From an uncultured cyanobacterium (GTDB lineage: Bacteria; Cyanobacteriota; Cyanobacteriia; Cyanobacteriales; CAWCAG01): a stretch of 64,000 bases of DNA. This document shows, in pieces, positions 9,618-20,329 of this stretch; the stretch's first letter is position 1; every line of letters starts with the position of its first letter. The translations under genes and the position numbers were made by a program. Location of the stretch: contig CAWDOD010000011.1 of NCBI GenBank assembly GCA_963803805.1, positions 480,001 to 544,000 on the forward strand. Direction: 5' to 3'. The notes below the pieces were generated by a model. The model saw only the letters and a program-made list of their open reading frames with translations, was not told where the DNA came from and ran no database searches.

Positions 9618-11066
9618 ATGCAGCAATTATTTGAGAGTATATTTCGCCAGTCTCTACATATCTTTAATAGTAACATCTTAAAAATTGGCGACACTTACAT
9701 TTCTCTGAGTTCTATTTTTCAATTAATATTCTCTTCATTAATTGTTCTTTTCTTAGCTCGCATTGTCAAGAGATTTCTTAGAAATAGGTTATTACTCAAA
9801 CTAGGTATTGATGAGGGAAACCGCGAAGCCTTATCAACTATAATCAGTTATAGCTTAGCTACAATCGGCTTAATTACCGTCTTACAAACCACAGGCTTTA
9901 ATCTTGCCTCCCTCGCTGTTATTGCAGGGGGATTGGGGGTAGGAATTGGTTTCGGATTGCAGGATATTACCAAAGACTTTGTAAGCGGTTTAACCTTACT
10001 TTTAGAAAGAAGTCTTAAGGTAGGAGATTTTGTTGAATTTGATGGCTTATCAGGTTATATCAAAGCTATATCACTACGTTCAACAATTATTCGTACTAGG
10101 GAAGGAGGAGATGTTTTAGTTCCTAATAGCAGGTTAGTGGAAAGCAAAATTCTTAATTGGAGTTACGACAGCTATATTGGTCGTATTGATATTCCGGTAG
10201 GAGTGGGCTATGATAGCGACCCAGTTATAGTTACTGAGACTTTGCTTAATTCAGCTTATATGGAACCTCGTATTTTGGCTGAACCGATAACTAAGGTAAT
10301 CTTTCAAAATTTTGGTGACAATTCTCTTAATTTCGAGCTTCGTGTTTGGGTTGATAGAATTGATCAAGAACCAGAAATTAGAAGCTCCTTGAATTTTATT
10401 ATTGAGTACAATCTCCGTCAACAAGGAATTACAGTACCTTTTCCCCAAAGAGATTTATGGTTACGAAATCCAGAGGTATTGCGTCCTTTACATTATCACC
10501 AAAAAGATACTCAAGAAGTTGCTTCGATTCCCTATTCTTCAGGCAAATCTCAAAATTCCACCCTTCCCCTTAAAGAATTGCTACGTCAGGTAAAATATTT
10601 CCAGAATTTCACTGATTTAGAGTTGCGGAAGCTAATTGAAGTAGGCTATCGTAAGCGCTTATCTACTCAGAATATGCTATTTAAAGAAGGAGAAGCCGGA
10701 GATACTTTTTATATTATTCTTTCTGGTTCGGTAGAAGTATTTGTAGAAAAAATAGACAAACATCTTACTACTCTTGGTGCAGGAGATTTTTTAGGAGAAC
10801 TAGCTTTAATGTTAGGTGTACCACGTACAGCTTCTGTCAGGGCAAAAGAAGATACAATTTTATTTGTCATTAATCATAAATCTTTTAAGAAATTGCTTCA
10901 TGAACATCCGGATTTATTAGAGGTGGTTGTTAAAGAGTTAGAAAAACATCAAGAGGAGTTGAGTCAACGAGAAATTCAATTAAAAGAGTTAGGTACAATA
11001 GATGATGATGAAAAAAATCCTGTTAGTTGGGTAAGGAAAAGGTTTAAAAGTTTGTTTGGGCTTTGA
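9618..11066 (+). CDS. MscS mechanosensitive channel fused to a cyclic-nucleotide-binding domain
   Basis: GVGIGFGLQD, KVGDFVE, VPNS, PFPQRD, then a cNMP domain (LGELALMLGVPRTASV). Confidence 0.9.
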   Translation: MQQLFESIFRQSLHIFNSNILKIGDTYISLSSIFQLIFSSLIVLFLARIVKRFLRNRLLLKLGIDEGNREALSTIISYSLATIGLITVLQTTGFNLASLAVIAGGLGVGIGFGLQDITKDFVSGLTLLLERSLKVGDFVEFDGLSGYIKAISLRSTIIRTREGGDVLVPNSRLVESKILNWSYDSYIGRIDIPVGVGYDSDPVIVTETLLNSAYMEPRILAEPITKVIFQNFGDNSLNFELRVWVDRIDQEPEIRSSLNFIIEYNLRQQGITVPFPQRDLWLRNPEVLRPLHYHQKDTQEVASIPYSSGKSQNSTLPLKELLRQVKYFQNFTDLELRKLIEVGYRKRLSTQNMLFKEGEAGDTFYIILSGSVEVFVEKIDKHLTTLGAGDFLGELALMLGVPRTASVRAKEDTILFVINHKSFKKLLHEHPDLLEVVVKELEKHQEELSQREIQLKELGTIDDDEKNPVSWVRKRFKSLFGL

Positions 11067-11235
11067 AAGATTACTAATAGCTAATAGCTAATGACTAGTT
11101 GAGATGTTGATTATATTGGGAAAGGGTAATATATGATCTTAAGAGAGAATATAACTTAATTACTTGTTACTTATTACTTCTCCCATTTCCTTTTTTTAAG
11201 TTATCTTAGAAACAAATTTATTAGGGAGAGTTACC

Positions 11236-12117
11236 GTGGACTCGGCAAGTCATCAGAAAATTGTCGGCTACTTCATTGAAGAAGCTAAAGAGCATCTAGA
11301 AACCATCGAACAAGCAATGTCGGATCTTTCTTCGGTTATAGAAGAGCCAGAAAGAATCAATGAGCTGTTTCGTGCTGCTCACTCTGTTAAAGGAGGGGCT
11401 GCTATGCTAGGCTTCACTAGCGTACAAAAAACTGCCCATAAATTGGAAGATGCTTTTAAAATTCTTAAAGAAAACAATATCAATGTAGACAGCAAATTAG
11501 AAGGGCTGTTTTTTAAAGGTTATGACACTTTACAAGATTTGATTGATCGCCTACAAAGACCTTTTGGTTTACCCGATGATGAAGCAGAACAAATCTTACA
11601 AGAAGCCCAGCCTACCTTCAACCAATTACAAGCTCATTTAGATGTTTTAGTTAGTGGTGGTGTACCAGAACAAGTAGCGGTTGCTTCCTCTTCACCAGAT
11701 ATAGCTTCTCAGGCAAAACCTTTATTATTGGAGATGTTGCAGCTATTTAAACAAAAAGCCACACCCCAAAGTCGCCAAAAACTGCAACAAATATGCGATC
11801 GCCTAAGAAACTTAGCACCGACAGCCCCAAACTGGCAAACTCTGCTCAAAACCATCAAAGCGGCGATCACTAACCCCAAACATTCTTACCATACCCTCGC
11901 CCCAGCCATCATCAAAGAACTCAAGCAAGGCAGCGATTTACTCCATTTGGGCAAAGAAGACCAAATTAGCCCTAGTCAGAGCTTACAACAGCTTGCCAAA
12001 GCCAAGCAGCCTCAAATTCTTATACCAGTAGAACCCCAAGCAGCGGCCAAAACCTTACTCCAAGCTTTTAATCAACAACAGGTATCTCAGATTGTACAAT
12101 TACTTCAAGTCAAATAA
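11236..12117 (+). CDS. Hpt (CheA P1-like) domain protein
   Basis: FIEEAKEHL...LFRAAHSVKGGAAMLG...AHKLED. No kinase or CheW domain follows. Confidence 0.85.
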   Translation: MDSASHQKIVGYFIEEAKEHLETIEQAMSDLSSVIEEPERINELFRAAHSVKGGAAMLGFTSVQKTAHKLEDAFKILKENNINVDSKLEGLFFKGYDTLQDLIDRLQRPFGLPDDEAEQILQEAQPTFNQLQAHLDVLVSGGVPEQVAVASSSPDIASQAKPLLLEMLQLFKQKATPQSRQKLQQICDRLRNLAPTAPNWQTLLKTIKAAITNPKHSYHTLAPAIIKELKQGSDLLHLGKEDQISPSQSLQQLAKAKQPQILIPVEPQAAAKTLLQAFNQQQVSQIVQLLQVK

Positions 12118-12147
12118 GCTGTTCAAACCGATTTTGTCTAACCGCTA

Positions 12148-12463
12148 ATGTTCCAAATACTTTACTACCTGGTTCATACCCTAGGGCCATTCTTCCAACG
12201 GATTGGCTTTCCTTTTCGTCTGGATATTTCTAGTAATCTTAGGCTGGAGTCTTGTTAGTGCAATACGAGATACCATAACTAGAGCCAAAGAAATGCACCA
12301 AATTCCTTGTAGCAACTGTAAATTCTTCACCAACGATCATCGTCTCAAATGTACAGTAAGCCCTAGCATTGCCAACACCGAACAGGCGATAAATTGCGGT
12401 GATTATCGCCTCAATCAAACTCCTTTGATGCAGGCAATTGAGAAATTAGAAGAAAGGGTTTAA
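12148..12463 (+). pseudogene. Small cyanobacterial membrane protein with a Cys-rich tail; apparent +1 frameshift near 12190-12210 (possible sequence error)
   Basis: The ATG at 12148 reads MFQILYYLVHTLGPFFQRIG. The +1 frame continues FLFVWIFLVILGWSL...HQIPCSNCKFFTNDHRLKCTV. Confidence 0.55.
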
Positions 12464-12606
12464 TGTTCAATTTTCAATCTTTATGGGGAACACAAGCTTA
12501 CAAATATTCTTCTTACTTATTGAAGATACTTAGTGAAATCGGCAATTCTTCTGGGAATCGCCTAAACTATTAACTGAACTAGAAATTGCGGTTAAACTAG
12601 CTCCTT

Positions 12607-14484
12607 ATGAAGTCTCAGCAGAATCAAACTCCTCATCGCCTTTTTTCCCTGCCAATACTCAAACTCATAGGAAGTGCTAGCACCTTTTTAATAGCTCTTA
12701 CTTGCAGTATTTCTCCCGCTACAGCCGCTGAACGCCTAATTCTGCGTCTTGGCCCTTTTGAACGTTCTGTGGCTGTAGAAGACTTAGAAGGATTTGCTAA
12801 CACTGGGGAAATTCCTTCTAGTTTGAGAATCTACTCTCCTGTATTAACCCCTCAAATAGGAGAATTACTCTCACGACAATTACAAGTAGACCCTAGTGTT
12901 GCTGGTAAATTCATTGATGAATTGCTTAGTTCTGCTGATGGTGATCGCCTCCTTTCACAACTCAAAGCGGCCCTGCCAGAAAGTAGCATCGAACAACTCA
13001 AAGCTGGCATTTACTTAGCCCTGCGCCAAGCTAATGGTATCAGTGCTATCAGTTTTTTACGAGCTTACCCAGAAGAGGAATTAGTAGTTGATGCTACTGC
13101 GGCGGCTAGCATTGCTTTGCAATTCAATACTGCCAATTTACAAAGCCAAATGCTTGCTCCTTTATTAGAAAAGGAATTAAAAGTAGCCAACCAACAACAA
13201 GTTTTAGCTTCCCTACCTAAAAATATTAAACCCCAAGTAATGGGTTCTGAGCAAGTAAGTCAGACCAACTTAACCCTAAAAGATGAGGAAAGAAAACGGG
13301 CGATCGCTGTAGAAATTTACTACAGTGAACAGGAGAGTCGTGGCCCTTTGATAGTTATGTCCCACGGCTTCGCTTCCAATCGCTTTTTCTTAGATTACTT
13401 AGCTAAACACCTAGCTTCCCACGGTTTTACCGTAGTTACTTTAGATCATCCCGGTAGTGACATTGAATCTATTGCCGAGATTTCTTTAGGGCTAGGAGGA
13501 GATAAACTATTACCCGCCTCAGAATTTATTGAACGCCCCCAAGATGTTAGCTTTTTGCTAGATGAATTAGAGGAAATGTCTCAGGGGAATGCCTACGCTG
13601 CCCAGAAAATTAATACCAAAGAAGTTGCAATCATCGGTCACTCTTTAGGAGGTTATACTGCCTTAGCCCTTGCGGGTGGAGAACTGGATATTAAAGCCTT
13701 AGCCTCTTTTTGTGCTAACCGCACTCCTTTAGGACGTTCTCCGGCTGATTGGTTACAATGTGCTGCTGCTAATTTAGCCGAAATTGTCGGCAAAGATACT
13801 CTTTCATTGAAAGATGACAGGATTGTGCGAGGTATCGCTTTAAATCCTTTAGTAGGGCAGCTTTTTGGGGAAAAGGGACTAGAAAAGATAGATCAGCCAT
13901 TCATGATACTCACGGGTACAGAAGATGCAATTACCCCTTCTTTAGATCACCAACTGCGCCCCTTCAACAAACTCAAAGGTGAAAAATATCTCCTTGTTGC
14001 TGTGGGTGCAACCCATATGAGTGTTAATGATATGCGTAACCTTAATAGTGAAATGGGGCAAAGTACCCTGGTTAAGGAAGTTATGGGAGAAGAAGCCGAA
14101 CCAGTACGCCAGCTTTTGCGGGGTATGAGTTTAGCTTTCCTAAACCAGTCAACCTCAGAAGCCTCAACCTATGAAGATTTTCTACAGCCAGCTTATGTCC
14201 AATCTTTCTCTTCTCCTACAATTAAGATGCGTATGACAAGCAAGTTACCCAACACTTTGGATACTTGGTTAACCGCAATTAATTTTGGTGGGGAAGGTAT
14301 TATTACAAAAGCCCCTCAGAAGCCTCGTCCTCAAAGGTTTACCAGCCGTTTTTTCCCTAAATTCCCCAATCCCTTTGCTACTAAGAAGAAAAAGATCATG
14401 CCCCAAGCGAGAAATTGTAACAGTGAGTTAGATTCCTATCTTGATGAGATGTTACATGATTATGATCGCAAGGGCTTTAGTTAG
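12607..14484 (+). CDS. DUF1400 + alpha/beta hydrolase (dienelactone hydrolase-like)
   Basis: Signal peptide ending AAERL, DUF1400-like N-terminal domain, SHGF, DHPGS, nucleophile GHSLGG. Confidence 0.85.
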   Translation: MKSQQNQTPHRLFSLPILKLIGSASTFLIALTCSISPATAAERLILRLGPFERSVAVEDLEGFANTGEIPSSLRIYSPVLTPQIGELLSRQLQVDPSVAGKFIDELLSSADGDRLLSQLKAALPESSIEQLKAGIYLALRQANGISAISFLRAYPEEELVVDATAAASIALQFNTANLQSQMLAPLLEKELKVANQQQVLASLPKNIKPQVMGSEQVSQTNLTLKDEERKRAIAVEIYYSEQESRGPLIVMSHGFASNRFFLDYLAKHLASHGFTVVTLDHPGSDIESIAEISLGLGGDKLLPASEFIERPQDVSFLLDELEEMSQGNAYAAQKINTKEVAIIGHSLGGYTALALAGGELDIKALASFCANRTPLGRSPADWLQCAAANLAEIVGKDTLSLKDDRIVRGIALNPLVGQLFGEKGLEKIDQPFMILTGTEDAITPSLDHQLRPFNKLKGEKYLLVAVGATHMSVNDMRNLNSEMGQSTLVKEVMGEEAEPVRQLLRGMSLAFLNQSTSEASTYEDFLQPAYVQSFSSPTIKMRMTSKLPNTLDTWLTAINFGGEGIITKAPQKPRPQRFTSRFFPKFPNPFATKKKKIMPQARNCNSELDSYLDEMLHDYDRKGFS

Positions 14485-14658
14485 GGTGACTTTAAAAAAA
14501 TGCAAGTTAAAATTGACTGCGATAGATTTTCAAATAAGTTTTGCTGACATTTATCAAAGAGTTAATTTCTCTGTTCAAGAAGATAATGCTCATGGCTAAT
14601 GCTTTAGTCTTAAGTTGATGGATAGTTTTCTCCTTTCCCTTTACCCCTTACCCGTCAA

Positions 14659-16416
14659 TTGAAAATTGACAGACTGCTTGCTTTACTTTTAATTCTTCTT
14701 AGCTTAGTTGCGATCGCACCAATGTTGGAACGCAATTATCCTCTCAATCATTCCACTCATTTTAATCTTAGTTGGGCATTTCAATACCAGAAGCAGTTCT
14801 TCGCCGGTCAGTTTTATCCCCGTTGGTTGGAATATTCTAACTTTGGTTTTGGTAACGCTACCTTTGCTTTTTATCCCCCCCTTTCGATGGTAGCAACCCT
14901 GCCTTTCCGTTTCTTGGGATTGGGGTTAGGGGGTTCTCTAATTGCTAGTATGGCTTTGGCTATTGTTTTTTTGGGTTGGGGAATGTACACCTATAGCCGT
15001 TATTTTTACCCTCTTGGCATTGCCGTAATTGTTGCCGGGGTAGGGATGTTAAGCCCTTATTTCATGGTAGATATTTATCAACGGGGGGCTATTGCTGAAG
15101 TCTGGGGCATTACTACTTTACCTTGGATTTTATGGGCTTCTCAAAGAGTAGTGAAACAACCCAAAAATTCTCAAAATATTTTACTTCTAGCCTTTATCTA
15201 CGGTTTACTAATTCTTTCCCACTTACCTACTTTATTAATATTTACTTGTGTGTGGCTATTTTTGCCTTGGTTTTTTGGTAGTTGGCAAGGGGTAAAAAGT
15301 TGCTACGGAGGATTTATTTTAGCCTGTAGCTGGACTGCTTTTTATTTATTACCGGTAATTGGCGATCGCAGATTTATTCAAATTGATACCTTCAACACTT
15401 TCACCGAATATCTTCCTCAACATCGCCTACTCTTAGAAATATCTAGGAATTGGGCAATTAAGTTTAGTGATCATTGGTTTGATCAACAACTCATCGTCCC
15501 TTGGTTAACCATGGTGGCAGTAGTAAGTTTGGGGATAGTTGTTCAATTTTGCCATAGAAGTAGGAATACTAAAAACATAGCTGCATTTTGGCTATTCATA
15601 AGCCTGGTGGCTCTTTTTATGACTACTAATCTCTTAACTTGGGTATATCAAATACTAGTACCCCTACAACGCATTCAGTTTTCTTGGCGTTGGTTAAGTT
15701 TAACCACAGTAACCGTTCCTTTACTTCTAGGATCTTTGCTACATCAAGCCGGGGCGAGGGGATCTTCCAAGGAAGAATTTTCAGATTCTCCTTATCATCT
15801 CATCCCTTGGGTAGGAAGGGGGGCGTTAAGTCTCGCCACCTGGAGTTTGGTCATTATCACTATCGTACAAGGAGTAAAAGTAACCCAAAAAGTAGATTAT
15901 CAGCCAGAAGCGATCGCTCATTTTGCTAGCTTAGCCGCAGCTAAAGAGTTTCCTTATGAACCTCACCAAGGTTTTGGCAATAGCTTGATGAACTGGCACT
16001 ATGTTTTCGCCGATGGTTTAGCCTTAATTGATGTGCCAGAATATCGGGCAAAAGAAGCCACTTTGGCAATGCCTCCCCAGAAGTTTTATCCCTTACTAGC
16101 TTGGCAAGATGGCACTATAACTAACTTAACTATCCAAAACTGGGACTATGGTAAGCGCCAGTTGGAAGTTACTAATTTAACTCCTTCTTCCCGTAAAGTA
16201 CAGTTACGAACTTTCTACTATCCTGGTTGGCAAACAAAAATAGATGGGGAAAAAGTACCGACAAAAGCAAGTTCTTCCGGACAATTAGAAGTTTCTATTC
16301 CTCCAGGAAAACACCAAGTAAAAATTTTTTATAGAGGAACCTTAATGTATTTAGTAGGGAGAGTGATTACTCTATTAACAACCCTTGGCTGTGTTATTAA
16401 AAGCTTAAATCAATAA
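14659..16416 (+). CDS. Polytopic membrane protein, PTPS-related/YfhO-like (GT-C-type glycosyltransferase superfamily)
   Basis: GQFYPRW...GFGNATFAFYPPL, RGAIAE, IQFSWRWL, C-terminal FYYPGW...IPPGKH. Confidence 0.75.
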   Translation: MKIDRLLALLLILLSLVAIAPMLERNYPLNHSTHFNLSWAFQYQKQFFAGQFYPRWLEYSNFGFGNATFAFYPPLSMVATLPFRFLGLGLGGSLIASMALAIVFLGWGMYTYSRYFYPLGIAVIVAGVGMLSPYFMVDIYQRGAIAEVWGITTLPWILWASQRVVKQPKNSQNILLLAFIYGLLILSHLPTLLIFTCVWLFLPWFFGSWQGVKSCYGGFILACSWTAFYLLPVIGDRRFIQIDTFNTFTEYLPQHRLLLEISRNWAIKFSDHWFDQQLIVPWLTMVAVVSLGIVVQFCHRSRNTKNIAAFWLFISLVALFMTTNLLTWVYQILVPLQRIQFSWRWLSLTTVTVPLLLGSLLHQAGARGSSKEEFSDSPYHLIPWVGRGALSLATWSLVIITIVQGVKVTQKVDYQPEAIAHFASLAAAKEFPYEPHQGFGNSLMNWHYVFADGLALIDVPEYRAKEATLAMPPQKFYPLLAWQDGTITNLTIQNWDYGKRQLEVTNLTPSSRKVQLRTFYYPGWQTKIDGEKVPTKASSSGQLEVSIPPGKHQVKIFYRGTLMYLVGRVITLLTTLGCVIKSLNQ

Positions 16417-16553
16417 CTGATTTTTACCTACAATTGGACTTATCCAGAAGCAAGATTAAAATAGTAACTATAGCAATTCCAATCATTCCTAAAACCCTGT
16501 ATTTCTTGACTCTATTGCCTATTCCCTATTACCTAATTTCCTAAATAGACTTC

Positions 16554-17651
16554 ATGACTAAAATTCTCGTAATTGAAGACCAAGAAGACATCCGCGAAAT
16601 TGTCTGTGAAATCTTAATGGCAGAAGATTTTGAGGTTATTGATGCTGAAAATGGGGAGGTTGGTGTCAAATTAGCACGAACAGAAATCCCGGATTTGATC
16701 ATCTGCGACATTATGATGCCAAAACTAGATGGTTATGGTGTCCTGCAAGAACTGCGCAAGAATCCTAGCACCAATACTGTACCTTTTATTTTTCTTACTG
16801 CTAAAGCTTCTAAATCTGATCTCCGTCAAGGAATGCAATTAGGAGCAGATGATTATCTTAGCAAACCCTTTAGTCGAGAAGAGTTGCTAGGGGCAATCAC
16901 CGCTAGGCAGAAGAAACAAAAAGCGATTGATCAACAATCTCAACAACAACTTGATGAATTAAGGGGAAATCTTACCCGCTCTCTTCCTCACGAACTTCAC
17001 ACCCCCCTTAATGGTATCCTCGGCTTCTCACAAATTCTTATCGAAGACTACGATACTACCCCAAGGGATGATGCTTTAAAAATGCTCAAGCACATCTATG
17101 ATTCTGGTGAAAGATTATACCGAATAACACAGAATTTTCTTCTTTATGCTGAGTTAGAGTTGTGGGAAAAAGATCCCCAATCTCAAGGGCAACTGATCAC
17201 AAAAGAAGAAATGGTTGTCTATACAGAAAAGATGATCGCTCAACTTTGTCTTAAGCAAGCTGACGAGGTACAAAGAACAACTGATTTAATTTTAGAGTTA
17301 GAGCCTTTTGCTGTTAATATTTCTGAGGGGCAACTAACAAAAATCATTAAAGAAGTTTTGGATAATGCTTTTAAGTTTTCTGCTCCTGGAACTCCTGTAT
17401 CTGTCCGAACTAGTTCTCACCAAGAAATAGTAGAAATTTCTATTTGTAACTTGGGGATCGGTATGACAGCCGAGCAAATTGCTAAGCTAGGGGCTTATAT
17501 GCAATTTGAACGTAAAATTCACGAGCAACAAGGGTCAGGTTTAGGGTTGATTATCGCAAAGCGTCTAACAGAATTAAATCAGGGTAGATTAACGATCAAA
17601 AGCGTGCCAAATCAAGAAACCAATGTACAAATCACTTTACAAAAAGAGTAA
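16554..17651 (+). CDS. REC-HisKA-HATPase hybrid kinase
   Basis: REC (DLIICDIMMP), H-box LPHELHTPLNG, N-box DNAFKFS, GSGLGL. Confidence 0.9.
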   Translation: MTKILVIEDQEDIREIVCEILMAEDFEVIDAENGEVGVKLARTEIPDLIICDIMMPKLDGYGVLQELRKNPSTNTVPFIFLTAKASKSDLRQGMQLGADDYLSKPFSREELLGAITARQKKQKAIDQQSQQQLDELRGNLTRSLPHELHTPLNGILGFSQILIEDYDTTPRDDALKMLKHIYDSGERLYRITQNFLLYAELELWEKDPQSQGQLITKEEMVVYTEKMIAQLCLKQADEVQRTTDLILELEPFAVNISEGQLTKIIKEVLDNAFKFSAPGTPVSVRTSSHQEIVEISICNLGIGMTAEQIAKLGAYMQFERKIHEQQGSGLGLIIAKRLTELNQGRLTIKSVPNQETNVQITLQKE

Positions 17652-17766
17652 GGTATAAATCTTAAACAAATAGCCAACCTTTAGCCGTTGTTTACCATCA
17701 TAAACAATAACTAATACCTGGTTTTCCTAAGCTTTCCTACATTGATATTGACCAAAATAATTAGAT

Positions 17767-19491
17767 ATGACCAAAATTCTTGTAATAGAAGACCAGGAAG
17801 ATATCCGCGATATCATGGGTGAGATTCTGATGGCAGAAGGTTTTAATGTCGTTGATGCAGAAGATGGTTGTCTGGGGGTTCAAACCGCCCTACAGCATAA
17901 ACCAGACTTGATTATTTGCGATATTATGATGCCGGAGATGGATGGTTATAGTGTACTTACCACCTTAAGAGATAATCCTCTCAGCGCTGATATTCCTTTT
18001 ATTTTTCTAACTGCTAAAGTTAGCAAAATGGATATGCGACAAGGTATGGAGTTGGGGGCAGAGGATTACTTAACAAAACCTTTTACAAGGGCTGAATTGT
18101 TGGCTGCGGTTAATGTTCAATTGGAAAAATTGAGCAAGCGCCAAGCCATTAATCTTCGTCTCAAAGAGGTGGAAGCGCAACTGAAAAAGTTAGCTTATTA
18201 TGATAGCTTGACCGAATTACCCAATCAACTTTTATTACGAGAGCAATTCAATCAAATTAAGGAATTAGCTAGTAACAATGAACAGATCACTGCTATATTA
18301 ACTATTGATTTAGATCGGACTTCTCATCTTAACACCGGTTGGGGAAAAGTTTACGGCGATTCTTTAATTAAGGCGATCGCTAAACGACTTCTTTCCTATG
18401 TTGGCGAAGGCGATATAGTGGCAAAGTTAAGTACTAGTGATTTTGCGGTTATTTTCACCTTTATTGATGATAAGTCTGAAGCTGAAGTGAGAGCTAAGGC
18501 TATTTTAAACGCTCTAGCTAATCCTTTTATTTTAGATAGCAAACAAGTTTTTGTTACTGCTAGTATTGGTATGAGCTTCTATCCAGAAGACGAAGAGAAT
18601 ATTGATAGCTTAATTAAAAATGCTAGGGCGGCTATGTGGCAAGCTCAGAGGCAAGGAGGCAATCTTTGTCAAGTTTATACCCCAGAAATAAACACCCGTT
18701 CCCAAAGGCAATTACAGCTAGAGGGGAGTCTTTATACCGCCTTAGAAAATTCTGAATTTGAGATTCACTACCAACCTCAAGTAGAGTTGAAGACAGGAAA
18801 GATTGTTGGTGCAGAAGCCTTATTACGTTGGCATCATCCTGAGTTGGGTTCAATTTCTCCAACAGAATTTATTCCCATTGCAGAAGAAACTGGTTGGATT
18901 ATTCCCATTGGGGAATGGGTATTAAAAAAAGCTTGTCAGCAACTACAAAAGTGGACTGAAGAAGTAGGCAGTTTTCGAGTGGCTGTTAACCTTTCTGCCC
19001 GCCAATTTTCTCAAGAGAGTTTGCGAGAGACAATAGCACAAATCCTTCAACAGACAGATATTAAACCAGAGTTTTTAGAATTAGAAATTACTGAAAGCTT
19101 ATTGATGCAAGATATTGATAATGCTATTATTACTTTACAGGAACTGCAAAAGTTAGGTATTACTATTTCTATTGATGATTTTGGTACGGGATATTCTTCT
19201 TTAGGCTATTTAAAACAGTTTCCTTTTAATAACTTAAAAATTGACCGTTGTTTTGTTCGCAATATTAACCTTGATGATAAAGATATTGCTATCACTCAAG
19301 CAATTATCAATATGGCCCATACTCTTAACTTAAAGGTGATTGCTGAAGGGGTAGAAACTCAGGGAGAATTAGATTTTCTTCGCGAACATAAATGTGATGA
19401 AATACAAGGCTATTTCTTTAGCCGCCCTGTACCAGCCCAAGAGTTAAGTTCTTTGATTCGTCAAGATAAGCGTTTATTAATTGATAATTGA
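17767..19491 (+). CDS. REC-GGDEF(degenerate)-EAL phosphodiesterase
   Basis: REC domain. The GGDEF position reads STSDF. EAL motifs are intact: AEALLRW, ELEITE, DDFGTGYSSL, LKIDR, AEGVE. Confidence 0.9.
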   Translation: MTKILVIEDQEDIRDIMGEILMAEGFNVVDAEDGCLGVQTALQHKPDLIICDIMMPEMDGYSVLTTLRDNPLSADIPFIFLTAKVSKMDMRQGMELGAEDYLTKPFTRAELLAAVNVQLEKLSKRQAINLRLKEVEAQLKKLAYYDSLTELPNQLLLREQFNQIKELASNNEQITAILTIDLDRTSHLNTGWGKVYGDSLIKAIAKRLLSYVGEGDIVAKLSTSDFAVIFTFIDDKSEAEVRAKAILNALANPFILDSKQVFVTASIGMSFYPEDEENIDSLIKNARAAMWQAQRQGGNLCQVYTPEINTRSQRQLQLEGSLYTALENSEFEIHYQPQVELKTGKIVGAEALLRWHHPELGSISPTEFIPIAEETGWIIPIGEWVLKKACQQLQKWTEEVGSFRVAVNLSARQFSQESLRETIAQILQQTDIKPEFLELEITESLLMQDIDNAIITLQELQKLGITISIDDFGTGYSSLGYLKQFPFNNLKIDRCFVRNINLDDKDIAITQAIINMAHTLNLKVIAEGVETQGELDFLREHKCDEIQGYFFSRPVPAQELSSLIRQDKRLLIDN

Positions 19492-19503
19492 TAATTAATG
19501 ATT

Positions 19504-19878
19504 TCAAGTCCAAGTACCAACAACTACTCTAACAGTACCATCATCTAAAACTTCTTCTGTTTCTATGTCAAAACCTTGTTCTTGTACAGATTGCATTAGG
19601 GTTTTATGGGCATATTTTTGGCTAATTTTATTAATAAAGTCACGCTGATTAATCTTTGCACCCCAAAAATCAGCAACGATTTCATAGTTTTCACCGTTAC
19701 GGCGAAAACCTAAATCATAACCGTTACTTTGACGAATGACATATTCTGCTTCTGTGGTATTACCTTGATAACCCCGTACGTTAGTTTGGGATTCCACTTG
19801 ATAGCCACATTCTTGCAAAACTTGGTGTAGAATTTCGCCGTTTTTGATTTCAACTTTGATGGTGGTGAAATGAGACAT
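19504..19878 (-). CDS. DUF1257 (Ycf35-like) protein
   Basis: MSHFTTIKVEIK...VRGYQG...YDLGF...YEIVADFW...QKYA. Confidence 0.85.
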   Translation of the reverse strand: MSHFTTIKVEIKNGEILHQVLQECGYQVESQTNVRGYQGNTTEAEYVIRQSNGYDLGFRRNGENYEIVADFWGAKINQRDFINKISQKYAHKTLMQSVQEQGFDIETEEVLDDGTVRVVVGTWT

Positions 19879-19921
19879 AATATTATGAAAAATTTGTGAT
19901 TAAACATCTATGATTTTGGCA

Positions 19922-20329
19922 TCACATCCATTTAGCAACAACAACTCTAATTGTGCCATCTTCTAAGGTTTCTTCTTCTTCAATGGCGAAACCTTCTACC
20001 GGGGCAGTTGCCATCAGAGTATGATAGCCATAGCGTTGGGTTAATTGGTTTAACCAATCTTGGGAATATTTGGTGCGATCATACTCAGAAATAATTGCTT
20101 CAAAGTTACCATCACTTTGCTGTTTGAAACCAATGTCATTACTCCATTTTCCAATAGAGTGACGGCGAATAACCACTTCTGCGGTTTGTTCTCGTACATC
20201 TCCTTGATAACCGTAAAGATTTTGCGCTTCTTGGTGTACTTCTACTTGATTAAAACCAACATCATCTAAGGCTTTCACCAAAGCATCAACATCGCGAATT
20301 TCTGTTCTAATTGCCGTAAAGTGGGACAT
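19922..20329 (-). CDS. DUF1257 (Ycf35-like) protein, second paralog
   Basis: MSHFTAIRTEI...GYQGD...NDIGF...IISEYD...QRYG...DGTIRVVV. Confidence 0.8.
   Translation of the reverse strand: MSHFTAIRTEIRDVDALVKALDDVGFNQVEVHQEAQNLYGYQGDVREQTAEVVIRRHSIGKWSNDIGFKQQSDGNFEAIISEYDRTKYSQDWLNQLTQRYGYHTLMATAPVEGFAIEEEETLEDGTIRVVVAKWM

Noticed and set aside
16468-16480. CTATAGCAATT as a MITE end (also AGAACTTACGCA near 31416)
   Set aside because: Only single arms were found with no matching partner nearby, so they are too weak to call.
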